Assembly: GCA_023131935.1 (NCBI GenBank)
Contig: JAGLYY010000172.1
Span: 1-43,724 of the forward strand
Direction: 5' to 3'
DNA length: 43,724 nucleotides
From: Spirochaetales bacterium
GTDB lineage: Bacteria; Spirochaetota; Spirochaetia; JAGLYY01
Part shown: in pieces, positions 18,254 to 25,154 of the stretch
Numbering within the stretch: the stretch's first letter is position 1
Layout of the letters: every line of letters starts with the position of its first letter
Notes under the pieces: model-generated
What the model was told of the DNA's origin: nothing
Database searches by the model: none
The model's input: only the letters and a program-made list of their open reading frames with translations
Made by a program: the position numbers and the translations under genes

Positions 18254-18565
18254 ATGTACGCATTGGTTGAGATCAAAGGTAAGCAGTACAAAGCAGAGAA
18301 AGGTGTCCTGCTCAAGGTTGATAAGTTTGATAATGAAACTGGGGATGTTCTTGAATTTGACTCTGTGCTCATGGTGAGCGGTGATAAAGTAAAGGTTGGA
18401 ACCCCCTATGTGAAGGGTGTGAAAATTAAAGCCGTTGTAGAGAACCATGCAAAGGATCCGAAGGTAACCATTATTAAGTTCAAGAGACGAAAAGGTTACC
18501 GGAGGAAACAGGGGCACAGACAGCAGTACAGCTATCTCAGAGTTGAAGACATTCTGGGAGTATAA
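18254..18565 (+). CDS. rplU: 50S ribosomal protein L21
   Basis: MYALVEIKGKQYKAEKG...FKRRKGYRRKQGHRQ, 103 aa. Confidence 0.95.
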   Translation: MYALVEIKGKQYKAEKGVLLKVDKFDNETGDVLEFDSVLMVSGDKVKVGTPYVKGVKIKAVVENHAKDPKVTIIKFKRRKGYRRKQGHRQQYSYLRVEDILGV

Positions 18566-18570
18566 CCGAA

Positions 18571-18909
18571 TTGATCCAGGTTGATATTACCCTGACGGGG
18601 GATGGAATGCTGAAAGGTTTAACGGCATCCGGTCACTCAACCCGGGGTGAATTGGGGAAGAATATCGCATGTGCCGCTGTAACCGTTTTATTACGAACGG
18701 CGGTCCAAACGATTGATTTGAACAAAAAAATTCAAATGAACGGAGAAGCAAAGTCCCAAGGGGATCTTGATTTCAGGATTCTTGGGGTTGAAGCAGAACA
18801 GGCGTCCTGGTTATCAGGTGTGCGGGATTTTCTGCTGAAAGGGATATCCGATATTGAACGGGAGTATCCTGAGGAATGCGCGCTTTCTGTTCATGTTGAG
18901 GAAGATTAG
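18571..18909 (+). CDS. prp: Ribosomal-processing cysteine protease Prp homologue (YsxB/DUF464 family)
   Basis: 112 aa between rplU and rpmA. MIQVDITL...ASGHS(11 aa)CAAVTVLL aligns with the S. aureus Prp His22/Cys34 dyad region. TTG start. Confidence 0.8.
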   Translation: MIQVDITLTGDGMLKGLTASGHSTRGELGKNIACAAVTVLLRTAVQTIDLNKKIQMNGEAKSQGDLDFRILGVEAEQASWLSGVRDFLLKGISDIEREYPEECALSVHVEED

Positions 18910-18923
18910 GGAAGGAGACATAG

Positions 18924-19178
18924 ATGGCACATAAGAAGGGTGGCGGCAGCTCTAAAAACGGTAGAGATTCCGAGTCAAAACGACTCGGGGTAAAACGTTT
19001 TGGCGGCCAGATTGTGAAGGCTGGTGAGATCCTTGTACGCCAGCGGGGTACGAAATTTCACCCCGGACAAAACGTTGGGAAAGGTAAAGATGATACCCTT
19101 TTCGCAAAAGCTGCAGGTTCTGTTGTTTTTCATTCACGAGCGGGAAGAAAATACATTAAAATAGAAACAACCGCATAA
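18924..19178 (+). CDS. rpmA: 50S ribosomal protein L27 (no N-terminal propeptide)
   Basis: [28 protein letters not shown]..., 84 aa. In-frame TAG at 18921-18923 lies immediately before the ATG. GGAAGGAG SD upstream. Confidence 0.95.
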   Translation: MAHKKGGGSSKNGRDSESKRLGVKRFGGQIVKAGEILVRQRGTKFHPGQNVGKGKDDTLFAKAAGSVVFHSRAGRKYIKIETTA

Positions 19179-19185
19179 CGTACGA

Positions 19186-20169
19186 GTGTTCGGGTTTGTA
19201 GATGAAACCGTTATAGAAGTCTCTTCAGGTCACGGCGGAACGGGATGTATCTCCTTCCGCCGTGAGAAATATGTACCCAGGGGTGGTCCCGATGGTGGTA
19301 ACGGCGGCAAAGGGGGAGATGTCCTCTTTACCGTCAAGAGAAACCTGAAAACCCTTGCGCATCTTCGGATGAAAAGAGTTTTCAGGGCACAAAATGGCCG
19401 TCCTGGGGAAGGAAGACGAAAACACGGCAGAGACGGTAAAGATGCGATTGTCGAAGTTCCCCCGGGAATACGGATCACCGATGCCGATACCGACGAGCTG
19501 ATTGCTGACCTCACCGAGGAGTCAACTTTCTGTATCCTCAAAGGGGGAAAGGGAGGCAAGGGGAACTGGCATTTTACTTCCTCAGTTCGACAAGCTCCCC
19601 GATACGCCCAGCCTGGACTTGATGGCGAGGAGCGAAAGCTGAAAATCGTCCTCTCGGTAATCGCGGACATCGGTTTTGTCGGGTTCCCGAATGCCGGAAA
19701 ATCAAGTCTCCTGGCCCACGTTACCAATGCTCATCCCAAGATCGCAAATTACCCATTTACCACAAAAATTCCAAATCTTGGTGTAATGGATGCCGGTTTC
19801 AGGGATATCATCCTGGCGGATATTCCCGGTATCATTGAGGGTGCCTCCCATGGAGCAGGATTGGGATTCAGGTTTTTAAAACATATCAGCAGAACAAAAG
19901 GGCTGGCATTTCTTATTGATCTATCTGAGGATAATTATCACGAGGCCTTTGAGGTCCTCCGTTCAGAACTTGAAACCTATGCGCCGGAACTTATCAAGAA
20001 ACCCCGGGTGGTTATTGGTACCAAACTGGACCTTCTTGAGAACCTCAAACCCCTCGAAGAGTTGAAAGGGCTCCTTCCGGGAGAACGTGTAATAGGTATT
20101 TCCTGTTTCTCCAGGAGGGGGATAGATGAATTGCGGGAGGGCTTTATTGACCTCACGAAAGAACCATAG
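19186..20169 (+). CDS. obg: GTPase Obg/CgtA
   Basis: Glycine-rich Obg fold (GGPDGGNGGKGGDV, GGKGGKGN). G1 GFPNAGKSSLL and G3 DIPGIIEGA. 327 aa, GTG start. Confidence 0.93.
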   Translation: MFGFVDETVIEVSSGHGGTGCISFRREKYVPRGGPDGGNGGKGGDVLFTVKRNLKTLAHLRMKRVFRAQNGRPGEGRRKHGRDGKDAIVEVPPGIRITDADTDELIADLTEESTFCILKGGKGGKGNWHFTSSVRQAPRYAQPGLDGEERKLKIVLSVIADIGFVGFPNAGKSSLLAHVTNAHPKIANYPFTTKIPNLGVMDAGFRDIILADIPGIIEGASHGAGLGFRFLKHISRTKGLAFLIDLSEDNYHEAFEVLRSELETYAPELIKKPRVVIGTKLDLLENLKPLEELKGLLPGERVIGISCFSRRGIDELREGFIDLTKEP

Positions 20170-20172
20170 TCT

Positions 20173-20742
20173 ATGTTAGAGCTCATTATATTTGGAGGCA
20201 CTTTCAATCCGGTACATATTGGGCATTTGCATTTAGCAGATCAGCTGAAAATCGCATACCCGGGGGCAAATGTCCTTTTCATTCCGACCAATATTCCCGC
20301 GCATAAGAGAAGCGATGAAATTATCTCCAATGAGCATAGACTATCGATGCTGCGTGTCGCCTTGAAAGGGACCGCATTCGAGCTGGATGATTGCGAATTA
20401 AGGCGTGGCGGTATTTCATACATGTTTGATACCGTTCAAGATGTTTCAAAACGCTATAAACTCTCTACCCCTCCAGGCCTGGTTATAGGTGATGATCTCA
20501 CCGGGGACTACAACTCCTGGTATAGAAGTGATGAACTGCCTGAGATAGTCAGGTTTATCCTTGCCAGGAGAACCAGGGAACAGAAAGTTGACTTTCCTTA
20601 TGATCATTCATACCTGGAAAATGATATTATCCCGGTTTCCTCTACCGACATCAGGCAAAGAATAAAACAGGGGACTGCTTTCCGCTTTTTACTCCCGGAA
20701 GGGGTTCACCAGTATATTGTGGAACATGAACTTTACCGATAG
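20173..20742 (+). CDS. nadD: Nicotinate-nucleotide adenylyltransferase
   Basis: GGTFNPVHIGHL motif and a C-terminal SSTDIRQRI motif. 189 aa. Confidence 0.9.
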   Translation: MLELIIFGGTFNPVHIGHLHLADQLKIAYPGANVLFIPTNIPAHKRSDEIISNEHRLSMLRVALKGTAFELDDCELRRGGISYMFDTVQDVSKRYKLSTPPGLVIGDDLTGDYNSWYRSDELPEIVRFILARRTREQKVDFPYDHSYLENDIIPVSSTDIRQRIKQGTAFRFLLPEGVHQYIVEHELYR

Positions 20743-20772
20743 ACTTTTAGGCATGCTTAATAAAACGGAACT

Positions 20773-21990
20773 GTGAAAAAGGATAAGTTTTTGAAACCAA
20801 GAAAGGGATTTGATAAAAGTATATTATTACTCCTGGCGATTGTACTTGTTATTATTGTAACTTTCAGCTTTTTCTATTTTCAGGTAAGAACTGATAAAAT
20901 ATCAGACTCCATCAAGAATGGAGAACATCTAAATATTCTTTTCCTCATTCATGAAGAAGAGCAAATTCTTTTTTCGGAAGTATTTTTCTATCATCCCTCT
21001 ACCGGCAAAGGAGCAATCCTGGATATACCCCGGGAAACGGGAAGCATTATTTCTGAAATAAACCGGATTGACAGGATTGAAACCCTCTTTGACATCAGGC
21101 ATCCAAATGGTTATATAGAGAAAATTGAAGAGTTGATCGACATGCCTGTTGGTAATTATATCCAGCTTGATCTTCAGCAGGTCTCAGAAATTGTAGATCT
21201 TTTTGAAGGATTGGATATGTTTATCGCCAATCCTGTTGAAATAGTAGAGAAGGAGAAAATGGTTCTCCTTCCTTCCGGAAGTCTTACGCTGGATGGAGAC
21301 AAAACCAGGATCTTTCTTTCATATGGGGAGGAGGGGGAAACTGAGACCGAAAGGATTGGAAGAAGGCAGAAATTCATACAATCTCTGCTCAAGAGCCCTA
21401 GTAAAAGGAAAACTCTCTTTGATGATGAAAAGGTTGTGAATAACCTGTATGGCAGAATGAAAACCGATCTTTCAAAAAGAGCTGTCGTATCCCTGTTTCG
21501 GGAAATGAGTAATCTCGACGCTGAAAGATTGATATTCCAACGGGTTCTTGGACTCTCAAGGAGGGTAGATGATAATTTATTACTTTTCCCCCATTACGAA
21601 GGGAATTTGCTCAAGGAAACAGTTAAACAGACGATAGATTCTATTTCGAATACCGAAGTGATCAGTGACGAAGAGCTCCGGGTCACAATAGAGATACTTA
21701 ATGGGACTACAGTGACAGGATTAGCGGGTAGAACAGCCCAGGTTTTTGAGAGCTACGGTTACGATGTTAAATCGGTTGCCAATGCTGAGACGCAGAACTA
21801 CCAGAAAACCATAATACTGGACAGGACCGGGAATATAGCAAACGCCCAGCGGGTAGCCAGCCTGATTCATTGCAATTCTGTGGAAACCCGGATCATACCG
21901 GTGGATCCCGATTTGGAATTGATAAGCGATATTGTCGATGTTACAATAATAATAGGGGCAGATTTTAATGGAAGATACTGCAAAGAATGA
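20773..21990 (+). CDS. LCP (LytR-CpsA-Psr) family protein with C-terminal LytR_C-like domain
   Basis: N-terminal TM segment. LCP core (ILDIPRETG..., YIQLDLQQVSEIVDLFEGLDMFI). C-terminal RVTIEILNGTTVTGLAGRTAQVFESYGYDV. GTG start. Confidence 0.75.
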   Translation: MKKDKFLKPRKGFDKSILLLLAIVLVIIVTFSFFYFQVRTDKISDSIKNGEHLNILFLIHEEEQILFSEVFFYHPSTGKGAILDIPRETGSIISEINRIDRIETLFDIRHPNGYIEKIEELIDMPVGNYIQLDLQQVSEIVDLFEGLDMFIANPVEIVEKEKMVLLPSGSLTLDGDKTRIFLSYGEEGETETERIGRRQKFIQSLLKSPSKRKTLFDDEKVVNNLYGRMKTDLSKRAVVSLFREMSNLDAERLIFQRVLGLSRRVDDNLLLFPHYEGNLLKETVKQTIDSISNTEVISDEELRVTIEILNGTTVTGLAGRTAQVFESYGYDVKSVANAETQNYQKTIILDRTGNIANAQRVASLIHCNSVETRIIPVDPDLELISDIVDVTIIIGADFNGRYCKE

Positions 21991-22330
21991 TGTATTACAA
22001 ATAGGAAAGTTTTTGGAAGATCACAAAGCCAGGGATGTATCGGTAATAGATATACGGAGCACCTCAAGCTGGGCAAGTTACTTCATCATTGCCACGGTAA
22101 GCAGCCAGACCCATGTGAAAGGGCTTCAGAGACACCTGAAAGGGTATCTGGATGATTTGAAGCAGGATATAATTCACCGGCATAAAAAAATTGAAGAGGG
22201 GGGCTGGACCCTCATTGATTGTGGAGAAATAGTGATTCATCTCATGGAAGAGGAAGTGCGGAAATTCTATGATCTCGAGAGTCTCTGGCACGCAGGGGAA
22301 GTCTTGCTTCACTCGTCAAAATCATCATAA
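21968..22330 (+). CDS. rsfS: Ribosome silencing factor RsfS (iojap family)
   Basis: DHKARDVSVIDIRSTSSWASYFIIATVSSQTHVKGL...WTLIDCGEIVIHLMEEEVRKFYDLESLW. 120 aa. Confidence 0.9.
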   Translation: MEDTAKNDVLQIGKFLEDHKARDVSVIDIRSTSSWASYFIIATVSSQTHVKGLQRHLKGYLDDLKQDIIHRHKKIEEGGWTLIDCGEIVIHLMEEEVRKFYDLESLWHAGEVLLHSSKSS

Positions 22331-22614
22331 TCCAGACCGTCGTCGTAATCGTAATCACCTTCATCTAGGTAATCATCTTCTTCCTCTTCCTCCTCTTCTT
22401 CCTCTTCGAATTCTTCAGCTTCTTCATCGTGACTCACATCCTCCGACCCCTCTTCGTTGTCGAAATCGCTGAAGTCATCTTCGAAATCGTTTTCGTATTC
22501 ATCGAAGTTATCGTCATAGTATTCGTCTTCGTCAGAGTTCATACGATAAACGACATCGAAATGGAGGATTGTAACCTCTGTGAAATCTTCCTGTTCATTC
22601 TGAAAAGGTACCAT
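22309..22614 (-). CDS. Hyper-acidic small protein of unknown function
   Basis: 101 aa. A 25-aa N-terminal segment (MVPFQNEQEDFTEVTILHFDVVYRM) is followed by 76 aa with 47 D/E and no K/R. GGGAGAG SD 5 nt before the ATG. Lies downstream of cheX on the same strand. Confidence 0.6.
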   Translation of the reverse strand: MVPFQNEQEDFTEVTILHFDVVYRMNSDEDEYYDDNFDEYENDFEDDFSDFDNEEGSEDVSHDEEAEEFEEEEEEEEEEDDYLDEGDYDYDDGLDYDDFDE

Positions 22615-22705
22615 ACTACTCTCCCTACCTCATGGTATCTTTACGTGTTGACAAACTAAGGTAATCAGGCCCAAAGTGTCAACTCTATTATACTAAATCT
22701 GTTTG

Positions 22706-23176
22706 TTATGTTTTTGTTAAACCAACAAAAAGACCAATTCTACCGAAAAATCCGGTTATTAATTTCGATTCTATCCTGTCTAGATTGTTCATCCCAGGTA
22801 ATATTCTGTTTCCTGTGATAATTGTTGGCGGGGTAATATCACAGTCTATACCCTGCTCAGCGAGTTTCATCATCGATCTTCCTGAAATTTGATTAAGGAC
22901 TTCCCCCAAGGCTTCCCGATGAAATTGTCCGAAATCTTCCTCCTCTGAATCCATCCCCATATTCTGCAACATTCGCGATATAAAGTTTATGATACTATCT
23001 TTATCGGAACTAATAAGAAGGTATCCATGGATTCCTCCGGTTAAGCCTACATTTGCAACGACTTCAGCCCCGTTGGCAAGAACATCAGCGTCTGTAATAT
23101 TAAGATCATAAAATCCGATTTCCCGGAACACTTCCTCACATGCTTTTGAAAAGACAGATAATACTAATTGGCTCAT
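22706..23176 (-). CDS. cheX: CheX-like chemotaxis (CheY-P) phosphatase
   Basis: CheC/CheX-family layout including the E-x2-N active-site motif (GEVLNQISG). Start taken as ATG 23174-23176 (MSQLVLSVF...); the track ORF extends to TTG 23212, which is better read as a -35 box. Confidence 0.7.
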   Translation of the reverse strand: MSQLVLSVFSKACEEVFREIGFYDLNITDADVLANGAEVVANVGLTGGIHGYLLISSDKDSIINFISRMLQNMGMDSEEEDFGQFHREALGEVLNQISGRSMMKLAEQGIDCDITPPTIITGNRILPGMNNLDRIESKLITGFFGRIGLFVGLTKT

Positions 23177-23182
23177 AAATGT

Positions 23183-23212
23183 AGTATAGATACATGCATT
23201 TCCCTGTGTCAA
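23183..23212 (-). promoter_or_regulatory. Sigma-70 promoter TTGACA-N18-TATACT ending 6 nt before the cheX ATG
   Basis: Minus strand: -35 = rc(23207-23212), -10 = rc(23183-23188), then ACATTT and ATG. No SD. Confidence 0.5.
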
Positions 23213-23253
23213 ACCCCTTTATCGAATATCCTTGAGGACTTCCATTTAAGGGT

Positions 23254-23281
23254 TTGACAGGGGAGGATAAATCGGTATAAT
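23254..23281 (+). promoter_or_regulatory. Sigma-70 promoter TTGACA-N16-TATAAT (distal, divergent from cheX)
   Basis: Both hexamers match consensus. Lies ~155 nt upstream of the spoVG ATG. Confidence 0.5.
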
Positions 23282-23367
23282 AGCCGGACTGGGGCGCAAT
23301 CGCCCTGTATCAGTTCTTTGAAATGCGTATGAGAGTTACTTGATCCAAATTACAGGGTGAAAAGTAC

Positions 23368-23396
23368 TTGATAATAGCTATCGTGCACCTTAAAAT
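23368..23396 (+). promoter_or_regulatory. Sigma-70 promoter TTGATA-N17-TAAAAT (proximal to spoVG)
   Basis: -35 at 23368-23373 and -10 at 23391-23396, ~40 nt upstream of ATG 23436, which has a GGAGGTGGAG SD. Confidence 0.45.
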
Positions 23397-23435
23397 GAAC
23401 CATGCCTGTGATTGCAGCAAGCATGGAGGTGGAGA

Positions 23436-23711
23436 ATGGAAATTACGGACATCCGGATCAGGCAGGTTGAGGCAGACGGAAAGTTGAAAGCTTATGTAAC
23501 CGTAACCTTTGACGATTGCTTCGTGGTTCACAACGTAAAGGTGATTGAAGGGAAAAACGGTGCTTTCATTGCGATGCCGAGCAGAAAGACGAAAACAGGG
23601 GAATACAAAGATGTAGCACACCCGATAAATTCTGAATTTCGCGGGATCCTTCAGAAAAGGATCCTGGAGAAATATGCTTCTGGTGAGACCGAACCACCAG
23701 CGTCTGAATAG
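23436..23711 (+). CDS. spoVG: Septation/regulatory protein SpoVG
   Basis: [51 protein letters not shown]... The track ORF starts at 23412, but ATG 23436 has the SD. Confidence 0.92.
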   Translation: MEITDIRIRQVEADGKLKAYVTVTFDDCFVVHNVKVIEGKNGAFIAMPSRKTKTGEYKDVAHPINSEFRGILQKRILEKYASGETEPPASE

Positions 23712-23762
23712 GAAGAAGGCCTTCCTGGGAAAGAAAATTCTCACTTTATTCGCATACAATAT

Positions 23763-23834
23763 TGGGATGTAGGCAAGTGGTAAGCCACCGGGTTTTGGTT
23801 CCGGCATTCGCAGGTTCGAGTCCTGCCATCCCAG
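23763..23834 (+). tRNA. tRNA-Gln (anticodon TTG)
   Basis: Hand-folded: acceptor TGGGATG/CATCCCA, anticodon arm CCGGG-TTTTGGT-TCCGG, T-arm GCAGG-TTCGAGT-CCTGC. Confidence 0.85.
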
Positions 23835-23916
23835 TAACTGTCTCTTATACAAAATGGCTTCAGGAAGGGCTTGTTCGGAGTGTAAACACCTTCCAAAGGC
23901 AACGCACATAACAATT

Positions 23917-23940
23917 AAGGAGCTAAAGGAGCTAAAGGAG
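23917..23940 (+). repeat. Tandem AAGGAGCTA x2.7 (three Shine-Dalgarno copies) upstream of rplY
   Basis: AAGGAGCTA at 23917-23925 and 23926-23934, then AAGGAG at 23935-23940, 7 nt before ATG 23948. Confidence 0.9.
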
Positions 23941-23947
23941 TAATTAG

Positions 23948-24571
23948 ATGGAACAGAAAATATTATCAATAGTCCCCAGATCTGAGTTTGGCAAAAGCGC
24001 GACAAGGAAGCTTCGGTCTTTGGGACGAATCCCCGTGATTGTATATGGGCATACCGAGCCTGTTTCAATGTCAATCAATGAAAGGGAATTCCATAATCAA
24101 TTTAAGTCTATAAGCGAAAGTACCATTATCACCCTTAAGGGGGATAAAAAGGAACGCCAGGTTCTTATCAAGGATTACCAGGAAGATCTTCTTCGGAATA
24201 AAATCCTTCACATCGATTTTCTTGAAATAGAAATAGGAAAAGCCCTGCGAACCCATGTACCTATCAATCTTACCGGTACTGCCATTGGGGCAAAAGCCGG
24301 AGGCGTTCTCGAACATCTCCTTCATGAGGTAGAGGTAGAATGTCTGCCTAAAGATCTTCCCCGTCAAATTCCTGTGGATATAACAGAACTTCAGATAGGA
24401 GATTCTTTTCACATTTCAGAGCTTGCTCTTCCCAGCGGCATTCAGGTCATGAACGCCGAAGATCAGCTTATCGTACACGTCAGCCACAGGAAAGCTGAGG
24501 TAGTTGAAGAAGTGGAAGAAGCCGAAATTGAGGCTGAGGGTGAAGCTGAAGCTGAAGCCGAAGAGGAATAA
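23948..24571 (+). CDS. rplY: 50S ribosomal protein L25 / general stress protein Ctc, with acidic tail
   Basis: RKLRSLGRIPVIVYG, a two-domain Ctc-type length (207 aa) and a C-terminal EVVEEVEEAEIEAEGEAEAEAEEE tail. Confidence 0.9.
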   Translation: MEQKILSIVPRSEFGKSATRKLRSLGRIPVIVYGHTEPVSMSINEREFHNQFKSISESTIITLKGDKKERQVLIKDYQEDLLRNKILHIDFLEIEIGKALRTHVPINLTGTAIGAKAGGVLEHLLHEVEVECLPKDLPRQIPVDITELQIGDSFHISELALPSGIQVMNAEDQLIVHVSHRKAEVVEEVEEAEIEAEGEAEAEAEEE

Positions 24572-25154
24572 TCGAGCATCTTTACTGGTTCTTGGTTTGG
24601 GAAATCCAGGAGAAAGATATTCCCGAACCCGTCACAATGTCGGCTTTTTAGCGATCGAAAGGATTTCTCAAAAACTCGGCATTACTGTACGGAAAGGGTT
24701 TCTTCGGAACTATGCCATAGGCTCTGGTTCCATAGGACCTAATTCTTTATATCTTGCAAAACCCCTGACATTTATGAATAACTCCGGAGCCGTTATCGCC
24801 TCTCTCTTCAAAAGAACGCGGTTGACGACAGAGAAACTGCTGATTATCTGTGATAATATGGACCTGCCCCCCGGGAAAATTCGGCTTAAGAGGAAGGGGT
24901 CCCCAACCGCCTCTCATAACGGTATTTCTTCTATCATGAAGTATAGTGGGACAGGATGTTTCCTCCGGATATATATAGGGATTGGAAGACCCGAAAAAAA
25001 GGGAGATATTATCCCTTACGTCCTTAGTAATCCGCCGGCCGCGGAGGATGAACTTTATGACAGGGCTCTTGAGATAGCAGCGGAATCGGTAATAAGCCTT
25101 TTATCGAAGCCTGTAGATCAGGTGATGCATGAAATCAACCGAAGAAACCCTTGA
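24504..25154 (+). CDS. pth: Peptidyl-tRNA hydrolase (start uncertain; 5' end overlaps rplY)
   Basis: LLVLGLGNPGERYSRTRHNVGF and HNGISSI motifs. The only in-frame ATG/GTG/TTG codons (24504, 24528, 24540) all lie inside the rplY acidic-tail coding region. Confidence 0.85.
   Translation: MKKWKKPKLRLRVKLKLKPKRNNRASLLVLGLGNPGERYSRTRHNVGFLAIERISQKLGITVRKGFLRNYAIGSGSIGPNSLYLAKPLTFMNNSGAVIASLFKRTRLTTEKLLIICDNMDLPPGKIRLKRKGSPTASHNGISSIMKYSGTGCFLRIYIGIGRPEKKGDIIPYVLSNPPAAEDELYDRALEIAAESVISLLSKPVDQVMHEINRRNP

Noticed and set aside
19230-19727. 165-aa minus-strand ORF (Pro/Ser/Arg-rich)
   Set aside because: It is antisense to the glycine-rich Obg fold region. It is the typical open shadow frame of a GC-rich, GGN-repeat coding stretch.
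22286-22308. TGGCAC ... TTGCT resembling a sigma-54 promoter
   Set aside because: The spacer is 12 nt instead of 5, and it lies within the rsfS coding sequence.
22269-22659. Plus-strand ORFs 22269-22472 and 22429-22659 opposite the acidic gene
   Set aside because: They are low-complexity mirror frames of the GAA/GAT-rich region (Leu/Pro/His or Phe/Val/Ile runs). They lack an SD, whereas the minus-strand acidic ORF has one.
23310-24074. 254-aa minus-strand ORF in the track
   Set aside because: It runs antisense through spoVG, tRNA-Gln(TTG) and the rplY start, all of which are well supported. It has no SD and an odd composition, so it is spurious.
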